Assembly: GCA_964187785.1 (NCBI GenBank)
Contig: CAXLNC010001087.1
Span: 248,001 to 312,000, forward strand
Reading direction: 5' to 3'
From: Amphiscolops sp. MND2022
Lineage: Eukaryota
Length of the DNA: 64,000 bases
Made by a program: the position numbers and the translations under genes. Positions 20,490 to 32,500 of the stretch are shown here, one piece after another. Within the stretch, counting starts at the first letter, position 1. Each line of letters starts with the position of its first letter. The notes under the pieces were generated by a model. It was not told the DNA's origin. It was given only the letters and a program-made list of their open reading frames with translations, and did no database searches.

Positions 20490-21898
20490 GATTCATTCGT
20501 TGACTGCGTTACAGTCGGTGGTTGAGGCATTGGTGTAGTTTGTGGCTGCTGCATTGGGATGGTTTGTGGATGTTGGGCGATGGGGATGTTGTTGGGTGGC
20601 GTTGTTTTGGGCGTTTTCCACCACGTGGGACGGTTTTCCCAATTCGCACCTGAATAACAGTCCTTTGTCTCGTGGCTCATTTTGCCGCATGTCTCGCACG
20701 GTGAGGCCTGTGCTGCGGTATTGTTTCTTTGGGATCGTTTGTCCCTATTGGTTTTGCGGCAATTTCGTAGTAGGTGTCCCGGATGGCCGCACCCAAAGCA
20801 TGTTCCCGTTGTTTTTGGGGGTTTGTTCTGTTGTTGTTGTTGTAGGGAGGGTTCGATGTTGTGTATCCCGGTTATTGATGTGCTGTCAGTAGTGGCGAGT
20901 CCGTTGAGTTCGATTTCTCGTTCCAAGTGTTGGACCATTGTTTCGTATGATTCTGTCTCGAGTCTGGCCTGGTTTAGAACCTTCTTGAGATGGGGGGGCA
21001 TTTTGGCATAAAAGGAGGTTTCTATGAAACGAGGGGCGTCCTCCCCGTAAGCTTCTTGTGCTAACTTTTGATACTGCTCTAGGAAGTCTGGGAATGTTTG
21101 TTGGCTTGGGTTGAACGCCAGATTTTCCCATTTGCAGCGTGCTGTTGCTACTGACTGTTGTCTGACATACCGTCGGCGGAAGCCTGCGAGGATGTCGTTC
21201 AGGTGTTCTCGAGTTGCGTCGGTCATGTTCCTGAACGTTTGTAGTGCTTCGCCTCTCAGGAGAGAGTGGAAATAATGAATTTTCTCCTCTTCTGTGATAT
21301 TCGGGTACACTTTCAGACTTGTTTGAAATAGATCCTCAAAGTGTTCAAACTTGTCCGTTTTTCCATCAAATGTGGGCATCGTGGTGGACATGGCTTTGGG
21401 TAGCCTGGGTATTCCGGTGTTGTGCGTCGTTGCCGTTTGCAGCGAGTGTAAGAGTTTGTCAATGAAGTCATCAGGGTACCTCTGGTTTGGAGGCGGCAGG
21501 CTTGATGATCTTTGGTGGGCGCTTTCTTGCTGGTTCGCTGAAACTCCTGTCACCATGTTGGAACTCACGTTCCTATCAATGCTTTCGTTTCCTGTATTTC
21601 CTATCGGGTCCGTTTCCAATTCGAAATGTGCGGCAGAACTACATTGTTCTGAGACAGAATTGGACAGGTTGTCCACTTTTGATGCTAAGTTCTCGATCAA
21701 CCTCAGGATTTCTCTCTGTCCGAATTCAGTGTCTCTTAAACGCTTGGACAGACGATTCTCTATTTTATTGGAGATATCTTCGAAATCTTGTTCAGAGAGG
21801 CTAACATTTTCGTCATTTGAGGCATTACAATTCTCAATTTCCTCTTGGCTAGTCCCTTGGTCACTCCTTAGCTTTCTTTTCTGTGACTTTTCGGGCAT
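20477..21898 (-). CDS. gag: Element A gag (473 aa from ATG 21898; first 114 codons inside the 5' LTR)
   Basis: MPTFDGK..FEHFE capsid-like start. Two CX2CX4HX4C knuckles (CFGCGHPGHLLRNC, CETCGKMSHETKDC). Confidence 0.92.
   Translation of the reverse strand: MPEKSQKRKLRSDQGTSQEEIENCNASNDENVSLSEQDFEDISNKIENRLSKRLRDTEFGQREILRLIENLASKVDNLSNSVSEQCSSAAHFELETDPIGNTGNESIDRNVSSNMVTGVSANQQESAHQRSSSLPPPNQRYPDDFIDKLLHSLQTATTHNTGIPRLPKAMSTTMPTFDGKTDKFEHFEDLFQTSLKVYPNITEEEKIHYFHSLLRGEALQTFRNMTDATREHLNDILAGFRRRYVRQQSVATARCKWENLAFNPSQQTFPDFLEQYQKLAQEAYGEDAPRFIETSFYAKMPPHLKKVLNQARLETESYETMVQHLEREIELNGLATTDSTSITGIHNIEPSLQQQQQNKPPKTTGTCFGCGHPGHLLRNCRKTNRDKRSQRNNTAAQASPCETCGKMSHETKDCYSGANWENRPTWWKTPKTTPPNNIPIAQHPQTIPMQQPQTTPMPQPPTVTQSTNESKNF
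20483..20489 (-). promoter_or_regulatory. -1 ribosomal frameshift heptamer A AAA AAC (gag-pol)
   Basis: Lies two codons before the gag stop. The -1 frame is open from here into pol. The same heptamer is in B at 38462-38468. Confidence 0.8.
21543..21555 (-). promoter_or_regulatory. Element A PBS TGGTGACAGGAGT
   Basis: Directly follows the LTR-terminal CA. The identical 13-mer is in element B (39648-39660). Confidence 0.85.
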
Positions 21899-23452
21899 TT
21901 TCAAGGAAGTATTTCTGCTTGGAAAATTGAATTGGGTATTCACTTGATAACAGTTATAGGTAAACTATTCCCAAGCAACGCTGGTTAATCACAAAATAAT
22001 ATCCAAAAGTTCAAAATTACGGACGAATGGTTTCAACAAACGGATGAAGTCAACAATTATCAAAAGTAGATAATTACAAAACAATACTTGAAAAGACGAT
22101 CAAAGTAGTTCGTACAATCGTGAAATTGATTCTGTTCCTTTCCTTATCCCGCTTCAGGTATTTATACTTTACGCTAGACACGCGGAATAAATTCCGCGCG
22201 TGAATTCACACCTTGTTCAGCTCGGCGTCCTTCCGAGGCGGGAAACTTTGAATCAGGTCCACATCCTCGGGATTCGGCTCTCGGCGTCATCTCACTTTTA
22301 AGGAAAAGTGGGAATCAACTTCCTGCCGAAGTCCCAATTCCGCTTCGCTTTCTTCTCGGTTTCCCGCCAATTCAAGACGCCGAACCAAAGTTGGCACTGA
22401 AATTCATGAACCTAGCTACTAAAGCGGGAAAGGAAAGTGAAATTGTCATCGAATAATCCCAAATTTTACTGCCAATAAATTAAGGGAAAAGCTTCAAATG
22501 AATAAATCAACAGCACTGATTTACATTAAATCAGATAATTATGGCTGTCAAATGGCATTTTAAGTTGAACCAAACAATAAAAATCCTGGATGAACGCCAG
22601 GTAACATGTTTCATTTCGAGTAGCCTAGCCGGTTGACCAGGCGATTGACTCAATTATACATGAACAGAACAATACATGTGAAGGTGAATATTAGCACGGG
22701 GGGGTTATTTTATCACAATATTATTATATATTATAATCAACAAGGACGGCTTTGCAGTTTAGGTGATTGGAAGTTGCATTTCAATTAACTATTTTCAATC
22801 ATCTGTCCAGGCTGTTGTTTCATTAAGGAAAAATAGCGCCTTGCCTGGGAGATTGACTCAGATGGAAAGTGGATTAAACATATTATGATACTTCAAAATA
22901 TCGTTGATTGGCGTTTATTAGGTGTTCTTTTGGTACTTAGCTTCTTTTAAGCTGTGATAAACTCATTTGAAAACTGCATCGATTAATTATAATTTGAGTA
23001 CTCAGGTAGTGCGACTGAGCGAGCGTCCCAGCTTCAGTCGACTGGTAAGTTGCCTGGGACGTTGACTCAGTTATTCAATTAGTAACAACTGCGCTCGAAT
23101 CTGATTGGTCAATATGAATTGGCTTAATGAAATTTGCTACTTCAGCTGAGGCGAATCCCCAGTCAACGCGTTGATTGAATTAATTTCAGTCAGCGCACTG
23201 GCTAGGTTGACTAAACAAATACTGCATTCATTATTATTATTTAATTATTTACATATGTATGTATTTTAGCTACAGCACAGAGGAGGGGAATGTACGATTG
23301 TGTGTTATTCAAATAATATCAAGCTGTTTGTTGTCCTTTTTATTTTAGATCTGTTTATGGTAATTTTGGTCAGTTCTGATTGATTTCCTCACTCTCTTCT
23401 TCAGGCGTTCCTCCCGTTGTATGTGTCCCGTGACGCCTCTGGGGTCGCGACA
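21556..23452 (-). repeat. Element A 5' LTR (1897 bp)
   Basis: Direct repeat of 8647-10543. Candidate TATA box TATAAATA at 22159-22166. Confidence 0.97.
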
Positions 23453-24324
23453 CTAACAACATTTGACAGTGACTGAAAGAAAAAACTAGCTACTGTGAAA
23501 ATTGTGCAGGTTTCCACAAAAACACCTATTGCATACGCGTTTTCAGTTTTCAAATTTCTTTTCAAGTTTTCTCTATTCTATATGCGTTTTCGGAATTTTT
23601 CGTTTTTCTTTAAATTTTTCATTGAAAATGGAAAATGTTTTAATGATTCAATTTCATTGCAAATCTTTACAGATCCCTAACAAATCCTTATGGAGTCCTT
23701 TGCAGAACTTGAGACAAGAGATCAATTCGCTAGCTAATCAATACCCTTTTGCAAATATATAAATCGAGGAATATTATCAATTCCAAACATTCTGTCCCAG
23801 ATAGTCTAGTGAGTGGATATAGGATATGCCAATCCCAACTCCGAAGTCTGGGTACGTTTCTTGGTCTTTGATAAGTGTTTGCACTTCATTTTGCCAACCC
23901 TCGTTGAAAGTCCTGTAATTTTCCACATGTTCTCAAAAGTTGCCATCAAGTTTTGTTGAAATTTGCTAAAACTCCTGCGCAAACTTTCGAGCCAAACTTT
24001 ATGCCTGTTGTATTCGATTTTTATCAAGCTTCTTGGAATTTTCATCAGAAATGTGGTCGCAATACTAGGCTGCGAAGATTTGCAACTTTTTATAATGGCA
24101 TGAGTTCTCATATGAAATATGAGAAGTTAACTATTTTGCCTCAATTTTAATGTAAAATAGGTTAGTTCAATCTCTGAAATGCAGACTAGCGTCATCTTCA
24201 CTGTGCTATCCGAGGAGCGGCGACGACACCAGACCAACAGTTGAGATTCAAAGTATGAGTACATTGGGATTGAGTCAGTAACAAATTGGGAAATGTTTCG
24301 GATTTTAATTGCAATAGTTTTTAA

Positions 24325-25530
24325 AAACAAGCCGGAGAGGGCATAAGTCGGCGCCATATCTAGGGCTCAGAAATAGCAGAAGGACTTGAAACTGTCAAGT
24401 ATTCCTTACTTTACAAGTATTCTTACCAAGTATTCAATCCCTGAAAAACCCCAGAAGTTTGACCGAATTTGCCCCCGGCCCGCTAAAAGGGGGATCCTTT
24501 CGGATTTTTAACATCCATCGTTGCAAAACATCTAAAAATTGAAGGGTGACCCTTTCATGTTAGAAAACTTTTGCCGAGAAAAAAAGTCTCCCAATGCCGG
24601 AAAAACTGAAAGGGGGACTCCTTGAGACTTTTCAACATCCATTCTGTCGCAGAATATAAAAAAATTGAAGGGGGACCCTTTGGGGAATTTTCGTTTCAAA
24701 AAAAGTCTCATAATGCCGAAACAATCTGAAAGGGGGGACCCTTCAGTCTCTCTTGGTCTTGTATGTTACCCGGAAAAACATTTAAAAAACTTTTTGGTTC
24801 AGTTCGCTAAGCCAAATGTTTCAATTTGGCACCATAAAATTTCGTGGAACTTTTAAGAACTATTTTGGTCAGTTCGTGTGGATTGAAACAAGCCGGGACC
24901 GGCCCAAGTCGGCGCCATATCCAAGGCTCAAAAATAGCAAAAAGACTTCCAAGTGTCAAGTACTCTTTTACAGTACTCGAAAATCGAAATTTTTTGAAAA
25001 AAAAATTTTTCGAAAAAATTACATACTCAAAAAAATGGACCGAGTGGCGCGCCAAAAGTCTCACAATGCCGAAAAACTGAAAGGGTGGACCCTTTGAGGT
25101 TTTTCAACATCCATTCTGTCGCAAAACATGGAAAAATTGAAGAAAACAAAAATTTTCATTTTCGGGAAAAAATCTCACAATGCCGAAAAAAACTGAAAGG
25201 GGGGACTCTTTGGGATTTTTCAACATCCATTCTGTCGCAAAACATCAAAAAAAATACAGGGGGGACCCTTTGGGGAAAATTTTTTTTCGAGAAAAAAGTC
25301 TCGCAGTGCCAAAAAAATGAAAGGGGGGAGTCTTTGGTCTCGCCCGGTATGGTATGTTACGCGGAAAAACAGGTAAAACCTTTTTGGTTCAGTTCGCTAG
25401 ACCAAATAGTGCATTTTGATGCAATAATATTTTGTAGAACTTGTAGAACTATTTTGGTCAGTTCGTGTGGATAGAAAAAAAAGAGTCACTATAATAGTCG
25501 CGTTTCACTTCATGAAGCGCCGACTAAAAA
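24325..25530 (+). repeat. Two tandem/nested copies of a non-coding dispersed element with internal ~60/120-bp subrepeats (HINE/MITE-like)
   Basis: Repeated starts aaacaagccgg...aagtcggcgcc at ~24325 and ~24887. Subrepeats contain gaaagggggaccc, caacatccattctgtcgc and aaagtctcacaatgcc. Inverted copy GCGCCGACT at 25517-25525 inside a hairpin. Confidence 0.55.
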
Positions 25531-26588
25531 AGGGTCACTATAATAGTGGCGTTTCACATGCATACAGGACCGCAACAGGTGAAAAGTGGCAGCAGTTTTG
25601 ACAAGGGAAACCAAAATGAGACTTCCAGGACTGGTGAGAACTAATCCATATGACGGGTAAGGATACAATTATTGTAACGGCAAGCTGTTATCGGTCGCTT
25701 AACGCGTTAGCAGAGGTGGAGAAACCTGCAGAAATGGGTGTATCACTCGGGAGAGGCACCCATCGCCACAGATCCAGTTTACTTCCAGGTGTAAAATACG
25801 TCCCGAGGCCGTCGGTGCTTCGACAAATACCTTCAACCCAGTTCTAGTAGTGATTGCTAATGGTAACAGGCATCTTCCTGACTCTCTAAAGACCACCGTT
25901 TAACTAGCACGTAAAAACAATGCCAAGAATAAGGGAAATTTCCAGCTCCAGGGAAAATATCTAAAATTGTCAAAACTAGTTCTGGGGCAAGAAAGAACAG
26001 ATAAAAACAGTGAAAATAAATTAAATCTGGCAGACCACACAGCTACAAACTGGGGCGCAGGGGCTCCAAGAACCAAACAAGGATCTTCAGGCGAAAAGAC
26101 TCATTTTCACGGTTTCCGCTACATTGGGTAGCATAATGATGAAAATCAATAAAAACCAAGTGTTAGCACCAAAAAATAGTTTTCTTCGAGATTTTCACAG
26201 TTTTTATAAGGCTCATTCTTTGTGTTCTCGCTCCGTCTGTTCTCGTCCTCGTTGTGCAGTGAAAATGACGGAAACAGCGAAAGAAGCATTCACATGCCTT
26301 ATCAGTGCCACATGACTCATCGAATTAAATTTTTTCAGAAAATTTCGACTGATTTTGCTGTAGCAGAGGTTGTTGTTACATATCACTTGTAAAGACTGGT
26401 CCATGACTTGGAAAGTCGTTACCCGTCCTTGGGAATCCTTGGCAGTCCGTGGATTACGGGCAGACCTGAAAATATAGAAAACTTTTTATAATATTGTACA
26501 GGTCAACGTGGAAAACAATAAGAAACGCGCAGAAAGAGCATGCAGGGTTACTTCCAAGGGGAAGCATGATGTAAAGGTTAGAGCATTC

Positions 26589-28781
26589 TGTGTTGACCCT
26601 GAGATGGGTGCAACTCGTTCAACGTAGTTGGCCTTGATGTCGAGGCTTGATTTTCAGGTTCGTAGAGATCTACTATGGGATTTTCGGATCTAAGCGGATG
26701 GCCGGACAATGAGTCTATTTTTGAAGATAAATTCTCAATCATCTTCAGGATTTCCCTTTGCCCAGTCTCGGCGTCTTTTATTCTTCTACCAACTGATTTT
26801 TCGATTTTCTCAGAGATTTCGGAAAAATCGCGATCGGAGATACTGGGTACATTTTCAGTCCTTTGGCTAGCTGCCTCAGGTTCACCTAGCGAGCTGGATA
26901 CTGAATCCCTTCTGGCTTTCCTTTTAGCGGATCTTTCGGGCATTTTTGGGTTTTAAGTTCACAGATTCAAACTATTCGACAAAGAATAAAGAAAGGTTGA
27001 GATTTTTAATCTTCAATTGAGTTTTGTAACAAGAGAAAACAAAGTTGCTTTACAGGAAGCGGTTTTTGAATTTTCAAAATCTATCAAATTATTATTTTTC
27101 AACTGCACTTATTTAACTTTTTCAAGTATATATACCTTTCACCCACGTGAAGCGGGGAAAAATCCGCACCACTTTCACGCTTTATTCAGCCCGGCGTCCT
27201 TCCAAGGCGGAGAAACCGGAAGTTCAGTTCCGCTTTGTCGAACTCAGGCTCTCAGTTTGTTCATGCTTTCCGAGGAAAGCACGCGTCCACTTCCTGCCTG
27301 AGTTGCGACTCCGCTTTCCTTCACCTCCAATTCCCGCCTTTTCAGGACGCCAAAGCTGAAATCAGCAATAAAATGAGCGATGATTCAACATTTCGCTTTT
27401 AAAAAGCGGGAAAGATGAAATTAAAGCAACGACAATTATGGAAATTAGAAATTTCCCAAAACGATTTAACTGATTTAAATATTACTCCAGATAATAGTTA
27501 TTTCAACGAAACTGCACTTAGGCTCGTAAAACTACCCGTGGGGGCATGAAAACACTGATTAAGCATGAAGGGACAAAGCTCAGTCTCAGGTTGGGGTCTG
27601 AGACGATTAAGGCAAAATAACTGATTTCGCAAAAATAGCAAAAAAAATCGCAATTTAGCAACGACTAACAATTTTGTGATTTATATCAACTTGGGGGTGC
27701 GGTTCAGGTCATTTCTCAATCCAGTTTAAATGAGGATTAATTTTAAAAGGGTAGTACAAACCATTGATTAAATAACTCAAGTCAAAGATTTAATTCCCAG
27801 GCCGGGGTCTAGGCCGTGGTTTAATGCATTCAAAGTTAAGTATTGCTACATGAATAAATGGTCATAAACTGCATGTAATCAACCACTAATTCTTATTATA
27901 CTTCGTATTTGGGACGTGGTTTCACTGATAAGACGGTGGGTAATCGGGAGTACCGATATTTTTACTTTTAAGATGGATTTGGACACACCTGATTTCAGGC
28001 CGTGTCCTGGGCTACAGTTTATTGCATTTACTAATTAATCTTGGTTTACATGGGTGAATAGTATTGCACAACACTCTTGATCGTTATTCGATCGTTTTTC
28101 ATTGTAGGTGTTTGGTTATCGGGTAAAAATCATCAACCGAATTAACAATTTCCATTTCTACAATGGATTTTAAAAATTTACATTTCAGGCCACTTCCTGG
28201 GCCGCGGTACATTACTTTCAGTTAAAATCAACACAATTTGTACATTACTCAGGGAATTACATGTAAATCATCACATTAGTTGTCTTTGTTTGCATCAACA
28301 CTTTTACATGTAATCATTTAATAGCGCGTTCACTGCTGCATAGCGTTAAATAGCTCATTCCAATTTCAGGCCGCTTGCCAGGCCGCCGCTTCACTGCGCA
28401 AATCTGAGGCCGGTCGCCAGGCCACGGTTCCGCCATTGATCTTCCAAACCGTTTGCTGAGCGGTGTGATTCTATTAATAATATAGCACTGTATTATTATT
28501 ATTATTATTAACTGCACTAATAGCTCCGTACTTGTTGGTACACTGTGTGTGTACGTATATATTCTTGTATAAATATATGTAATTATTAGTATTTATATAT
28601 ATATATAAATATATTTTTAGCTCCAATTTGATTTAAAGTAATAATTTATAATAGCAATAAGTTAGTTGTGTGTTAGTTATTTCACTTGCCTTTTCTTCTG
28701 TTTCGGTCTAATTCCAATTTCCTTCTTCGAAGACTGCGCTTATTGTGTGACAGGTTTCATAGCTTAGCTGGGGCTGTGACA
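26589..28781 (-). repeat. Element B 3' LTR (2193 bp)
   Basis: Matches 39661-41774 with scattered substitutions and several indels. Confidence 0.95.
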
Positions 28782-29304
28782 GTCCTCGACTTCGATGTGC
28801 TGTCTCATCTGGAAGGCGGAATTGGGATATCGACCGGATTGGAGTGTCAAACAAATTGGGTAGATCATCGCGCATTGAGTCGTAGGATCTCCACGACGAA
28901 TCCGAGTCCCAGTCGCTTCCTGACCAGTACCCTTCTGAGCTGCTGTATGGGCTCATGGGACTGCTGACGGTAGAGTTAGGGCTGTATCGGTCCGCAGGAT
29001 TGAACCGCCGGATTGGGCTCACGAATTCGTCATCTGGGATAACCGGATTATCTGTAGTGAATCTTCGTATCACTCCTTGTTCGTTTTCAACGTTAATTGC
29101 ATTTAAAAGCGGTTGTTCGTGAACAAGGACTACATGTATATCTGCCGTCTTGATTATTTCGTAGGTAATAGTATGCTGTGCTGTGTTGATGAGATTGTAA
29201 TTAGGCGGCGGTGTACCGGGCCTTTGTCTTGGCTGCGCTGGTTGATCTCGGTCGAGCAGAAAAACGTCTTCATTTGTTTGATCGTTGGAGTGGGAATTGT
29301 ACAT
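28708..29304 (-). CDS. ORF-X homologue in element B (198 aa); last 74 nt lie in the 3' LTR
   Basis: Motif-level identity to 10461-11087. Open frame with ATG. Confidence 0.8.
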   Translation of the reverse strand: MYNSHSNDQTNEDVFLLDRDQPAQPRQRPGTPPPNYNLINTAQHTITYEIIKTADIHVVLVHEQPLLNAINVENEQGVIRRFTTDNPVIPDDEFVSPIRRFNPADRYSPNSTVSSPMSPYSSSEGYWSGSDWDSDSSWRSYDSMRDDLPNLFDTPIRSISQFRLPDETAHRSRGLSQPQLSYETCHTISAVFEEGNWN

Positions 29305-29531
29305 TTTATTTGATTGGCAATCTGATTGTCAGTTGATTAGGAACATAACTGACTAATCCGCGTCCTGAAAATTTGTTCAAACCGTTTGTGTTGAGCTTTT
29401 GAATTGTTCAGCTGCCAGACTGAACAACTCTCCTTATATAGTAGATAACTTCTAGTATTAATATTTCCATTGATTTTACGCCACAACTTCTTTTTATTTT
29501 TTCATGGTTTGTTATTTTCAGACAATTGATT

Positions 29532-32500
29532 ATGTGTTCTACTGAAGAAGCTAGTGCATTGTTGCACCGCAGTCGAGAAGCAGAGTTAGTTGAGAGTGGA
29601 GCAGAAGTTGAGTCTGTGGTTGAGTCGTTGTCCGTGGAGAGGAAAAAACTAGTGGATGTGGGGGTGATGATGAAAATGAAGAGGCGAGTGGAGGCGGCGT
29701 TCAGGAGGAAGCTGGTGTGTCTGTTGAGCATGCAGAAAAACATGTGCCAGGCTTTGGTGACAGAGCAAATTCCAGTGATGACAGTAGTGGAGAGCATGAG
29801 AGTGTTATTGCAACTGGGTCTTTCCATTCTGCCACAAGTGATGATCGGCATGACATTGATTACTTGGCACGGAAGAAAGGTAATCTTTTCTAGAAATTAA
29901 TAGGTGGCCAGCCTTTTCTAGGTTTTTTGAACGCGTTCTATTCATCTACTTTCTGTAGCTACCGATGATGTATCTGATGAGGATTATGCCCCGATCCGTA
30001 GTACGAGGTCCCAAGGGAAGAAGAAGAGAAGGGCCAGTCGAATGTTGTCAACTACCAGTGTGCAGTCTGCGAAACGGGTTCGGTTGGCGGATGTCATTTC
30101 TGATTCGATTACCAGGCCGCCCTCTTTTCTAGACAGTTCGGGAGATGACCATGTGCCCGCCATGATTTCTGCTTCTCGGACTCTTGAAAGTAGGTATTCT
30201 TTCTCTTTCTCTTTCTAGGGGTGTCAAGTACAATGAAATGGGTTCGTGTATTGCTTGTAGGGACACTTGTTCTGCATTTCCTGTTGTTCATACTTTGGTT
30301 GTATTATAGTTGCTGGAGCAATGCCTGGGCCAGGAATTGAGTCTTCCGAGGACAGTGATGTATTTGTGTGTGAGGTGGCGGGTGATACTCCTGCCCCTGT
30401 CAGTGATGCTGTCTCGGAGCTACCCGGTGTGTCGTCCAAGCGTGGCAGGACTCAGCACGGACGAGTCGCTGTTGGGGTGGAGGCCTCAGTTGTGTATAAT
30501 GACTGGGAAAATGGTACGTTGAATTTTCATTTCCATTCCTCTTTTTATGCCCTCTTCGTGTTGTGTACTTTTGCTCATGGTGCGGTTTAGCGTCAAATAT
30601 AGTGTTGTGAAACTTGCTTGTTTGTTGTCAGCTGGTCTGGATGCAGTTCCTCCTGGTTCACCAATGATGATGTCCGCGGCGCAGTGTGTGTTACTGGCCC
30701 GAAGTGCTGCCCGAGCAGAGCGGACTGAGTCTCTTAAAGAAACTAAAAGCCTGGCTAAGCGTAAGTGTATTGTTGTTGTTCTGTTGTTTGGCTTTCTTGA
30801 CTTCTTCGGTGGTTTCTTTTAGGTTGTTTTGGTTGCTTCTATCTCTTGGATGTTTGTATGAAGTGTTGTTGTATGCTGTCATTTGTTTGACTACTTGTTG
30901 TTATGTTTAGAATTTGAGGAGTTGTCTCGGCTCCTGAAAGGGAAAGGCATTGACGCTGAGATGCGGTGTCTAGCACGTGTTCTGTCCCTTGTGTCGACCA
31001 TTCGTGGACCTGCTTCAATTTTGAACTGCCCACCTGTTCTATTTAATGGGTATATCGACTGGTGTCACACCGTTGGTCGTCCTGTGCCTGTTGTTGCTAT
31101 GGATTTCGATCCCGATATGTTGCGGCGTCTAATCAATGAGTCCAGTATTGTGTGTGTGGGGTCTGTGGATCCGTTCTCAGCTCTGAAGTATTTGGTTCAG
31201 CGTCTCAAGCGGGTGCGTCATCAGGCGTGGTTATTAAATCTGCCTCAATTGCGTCTATGTTTGGAAACCGGAGTCGTGCCCTTTGCGTCTTTGTGTGGGA
31301 TTCTGCAGGAACTTCTGGATAATTGGGCTGACGTGAAGCTGTGCTTATCGAACAATGTGCTTATTGATGAAGAAGTCAGCGAATGTTGTGGATCTAGATT
31401 CTCTTCTGTGTGTTGATCGTCTGGTCTTGCCGCGCTTTGCCTTTTTGCACGTTGTGTTGCTGTGCTACAATTCAAACTTCAGGAGGCAGCAGGATCCGAA
31501 GGTTCGGGATTACGCGTGTCGCAATTTTACTGACTTTTGCTTTTTTTACTGGAGTCTTTTGGGCAAGGTGAAGAAAGTTAGTCAGTTGCCGTCCGTGGAT
31601 AATTGGTTTGAGTACATTGATCAGCCTCTGACCAATTGGGCGAATGTTACCGCTGGGGAGTGTTTGCAGTCCGAGCCCAGCATCATGACAGCGTTGCGCG
31701 GTTTTGATGACGCTCCTCGCCGCACCTTCCTGCGTGAATTTCAGGGGTCCTTGCTTGAGTTGTTGAAACGGCTTGGATCTTCAGCTTATTGTAATTCCCG
31801 TGTGGCCCGTTCGATCAACTGTTTGAGTGTAGATATGCTGCTGTAAGGAGATGCTGAGTATGTGGTAGATTTGTTTCAAGATCTGGTGAGCTGTTTACAT
31901 GGTGCTAGCTTTCTGAGTGGAGTTGACCGGGAGGCCTCTGTAAATGATTTCAAGTCTCTGGTTGTAGACCTGCGTCAACGGTCTTCTGATCCTGAACAAA
32001 TTTGTGATGTATTCGGATTTTTGGAAGCTAGTGATGTTTATCAGTGCCGGGGCTACGTCAAACAAGTGGTTCGTCTGTTGCGAGTGATGGTGTGTTCTGG
32101 GCCAAATGCCATGCCTCCGGTGGATATTTCAAGTAGTGGAGTTGGTCTTCCTGCAGCTGTTATCCGTTCAGGGATCAGTGCAGTGCAGTCGTTTGTTCTC
32201 CATCCCAAGTTTGTCTCGAATGGTTTACTGACCGTGGAGTGTTTGGAGGAGTAAAAGGTGAATTTGCCTGTGGGGCATCAGTTCTTGGCGCGCACCTCTT
32301 TTGATCCGTTCGTGGATATCAGTCGTCATGATTGGACAGATGTTTTTGAGAGTTTGTTTCGCTGTTACACCGCCTACTACACTGGTCAGGTTGAGGGATG
32401 GAGAGCCCGGATGGCTAGTGGGCGATCATCCCGTGGTGTGCCGTCTGGTACTACGTCTGCTGCTGAGACTGTTTCTGTGGTTGAGGCGTCCGAACCAGTG

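Larger units (their letters stand above)
8647..23452 (-). mobile_element. Gypsy (Metaviridae) element A, 14,806 bp, with an accessory cassette
   Basis: 1897-bp LTRs (TGTCGCG...TCCAACA). 5-bp TSD CTAAC at 8642-8646 and 23453-23457. PBS TGGTGACAGGAGT. Domain order gag-PR-RT-RH-INT. Confidence 0.97.
2000..23458 (-). mobile_element. BEL/Pao LTR retrotransposon (~6.65 kb of own sequence), interrupted by nested Gypsy element A
   Basis: LTRs at 2000-2437 and 8210-8646 plus terminal base 23458. TSD ACATT at 1995-1999 and 23459-23463. Domain order gag-PR-RT-RH-INT. Confidence 0.95.

Noticed and set aside
17040-21947. Numerous 60-200-aa ORFs overlapping or antisense to gag/pol, also in BEL, B and D
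   Set aside because: These are shadow frames of coding sequence with no motifs and are not conserved between A and B.
25540-26583. Spacer between the HINE-like repeat and element B
   Set aside because: Only short ORFs without motifs, and no termini or repeats that I could support.
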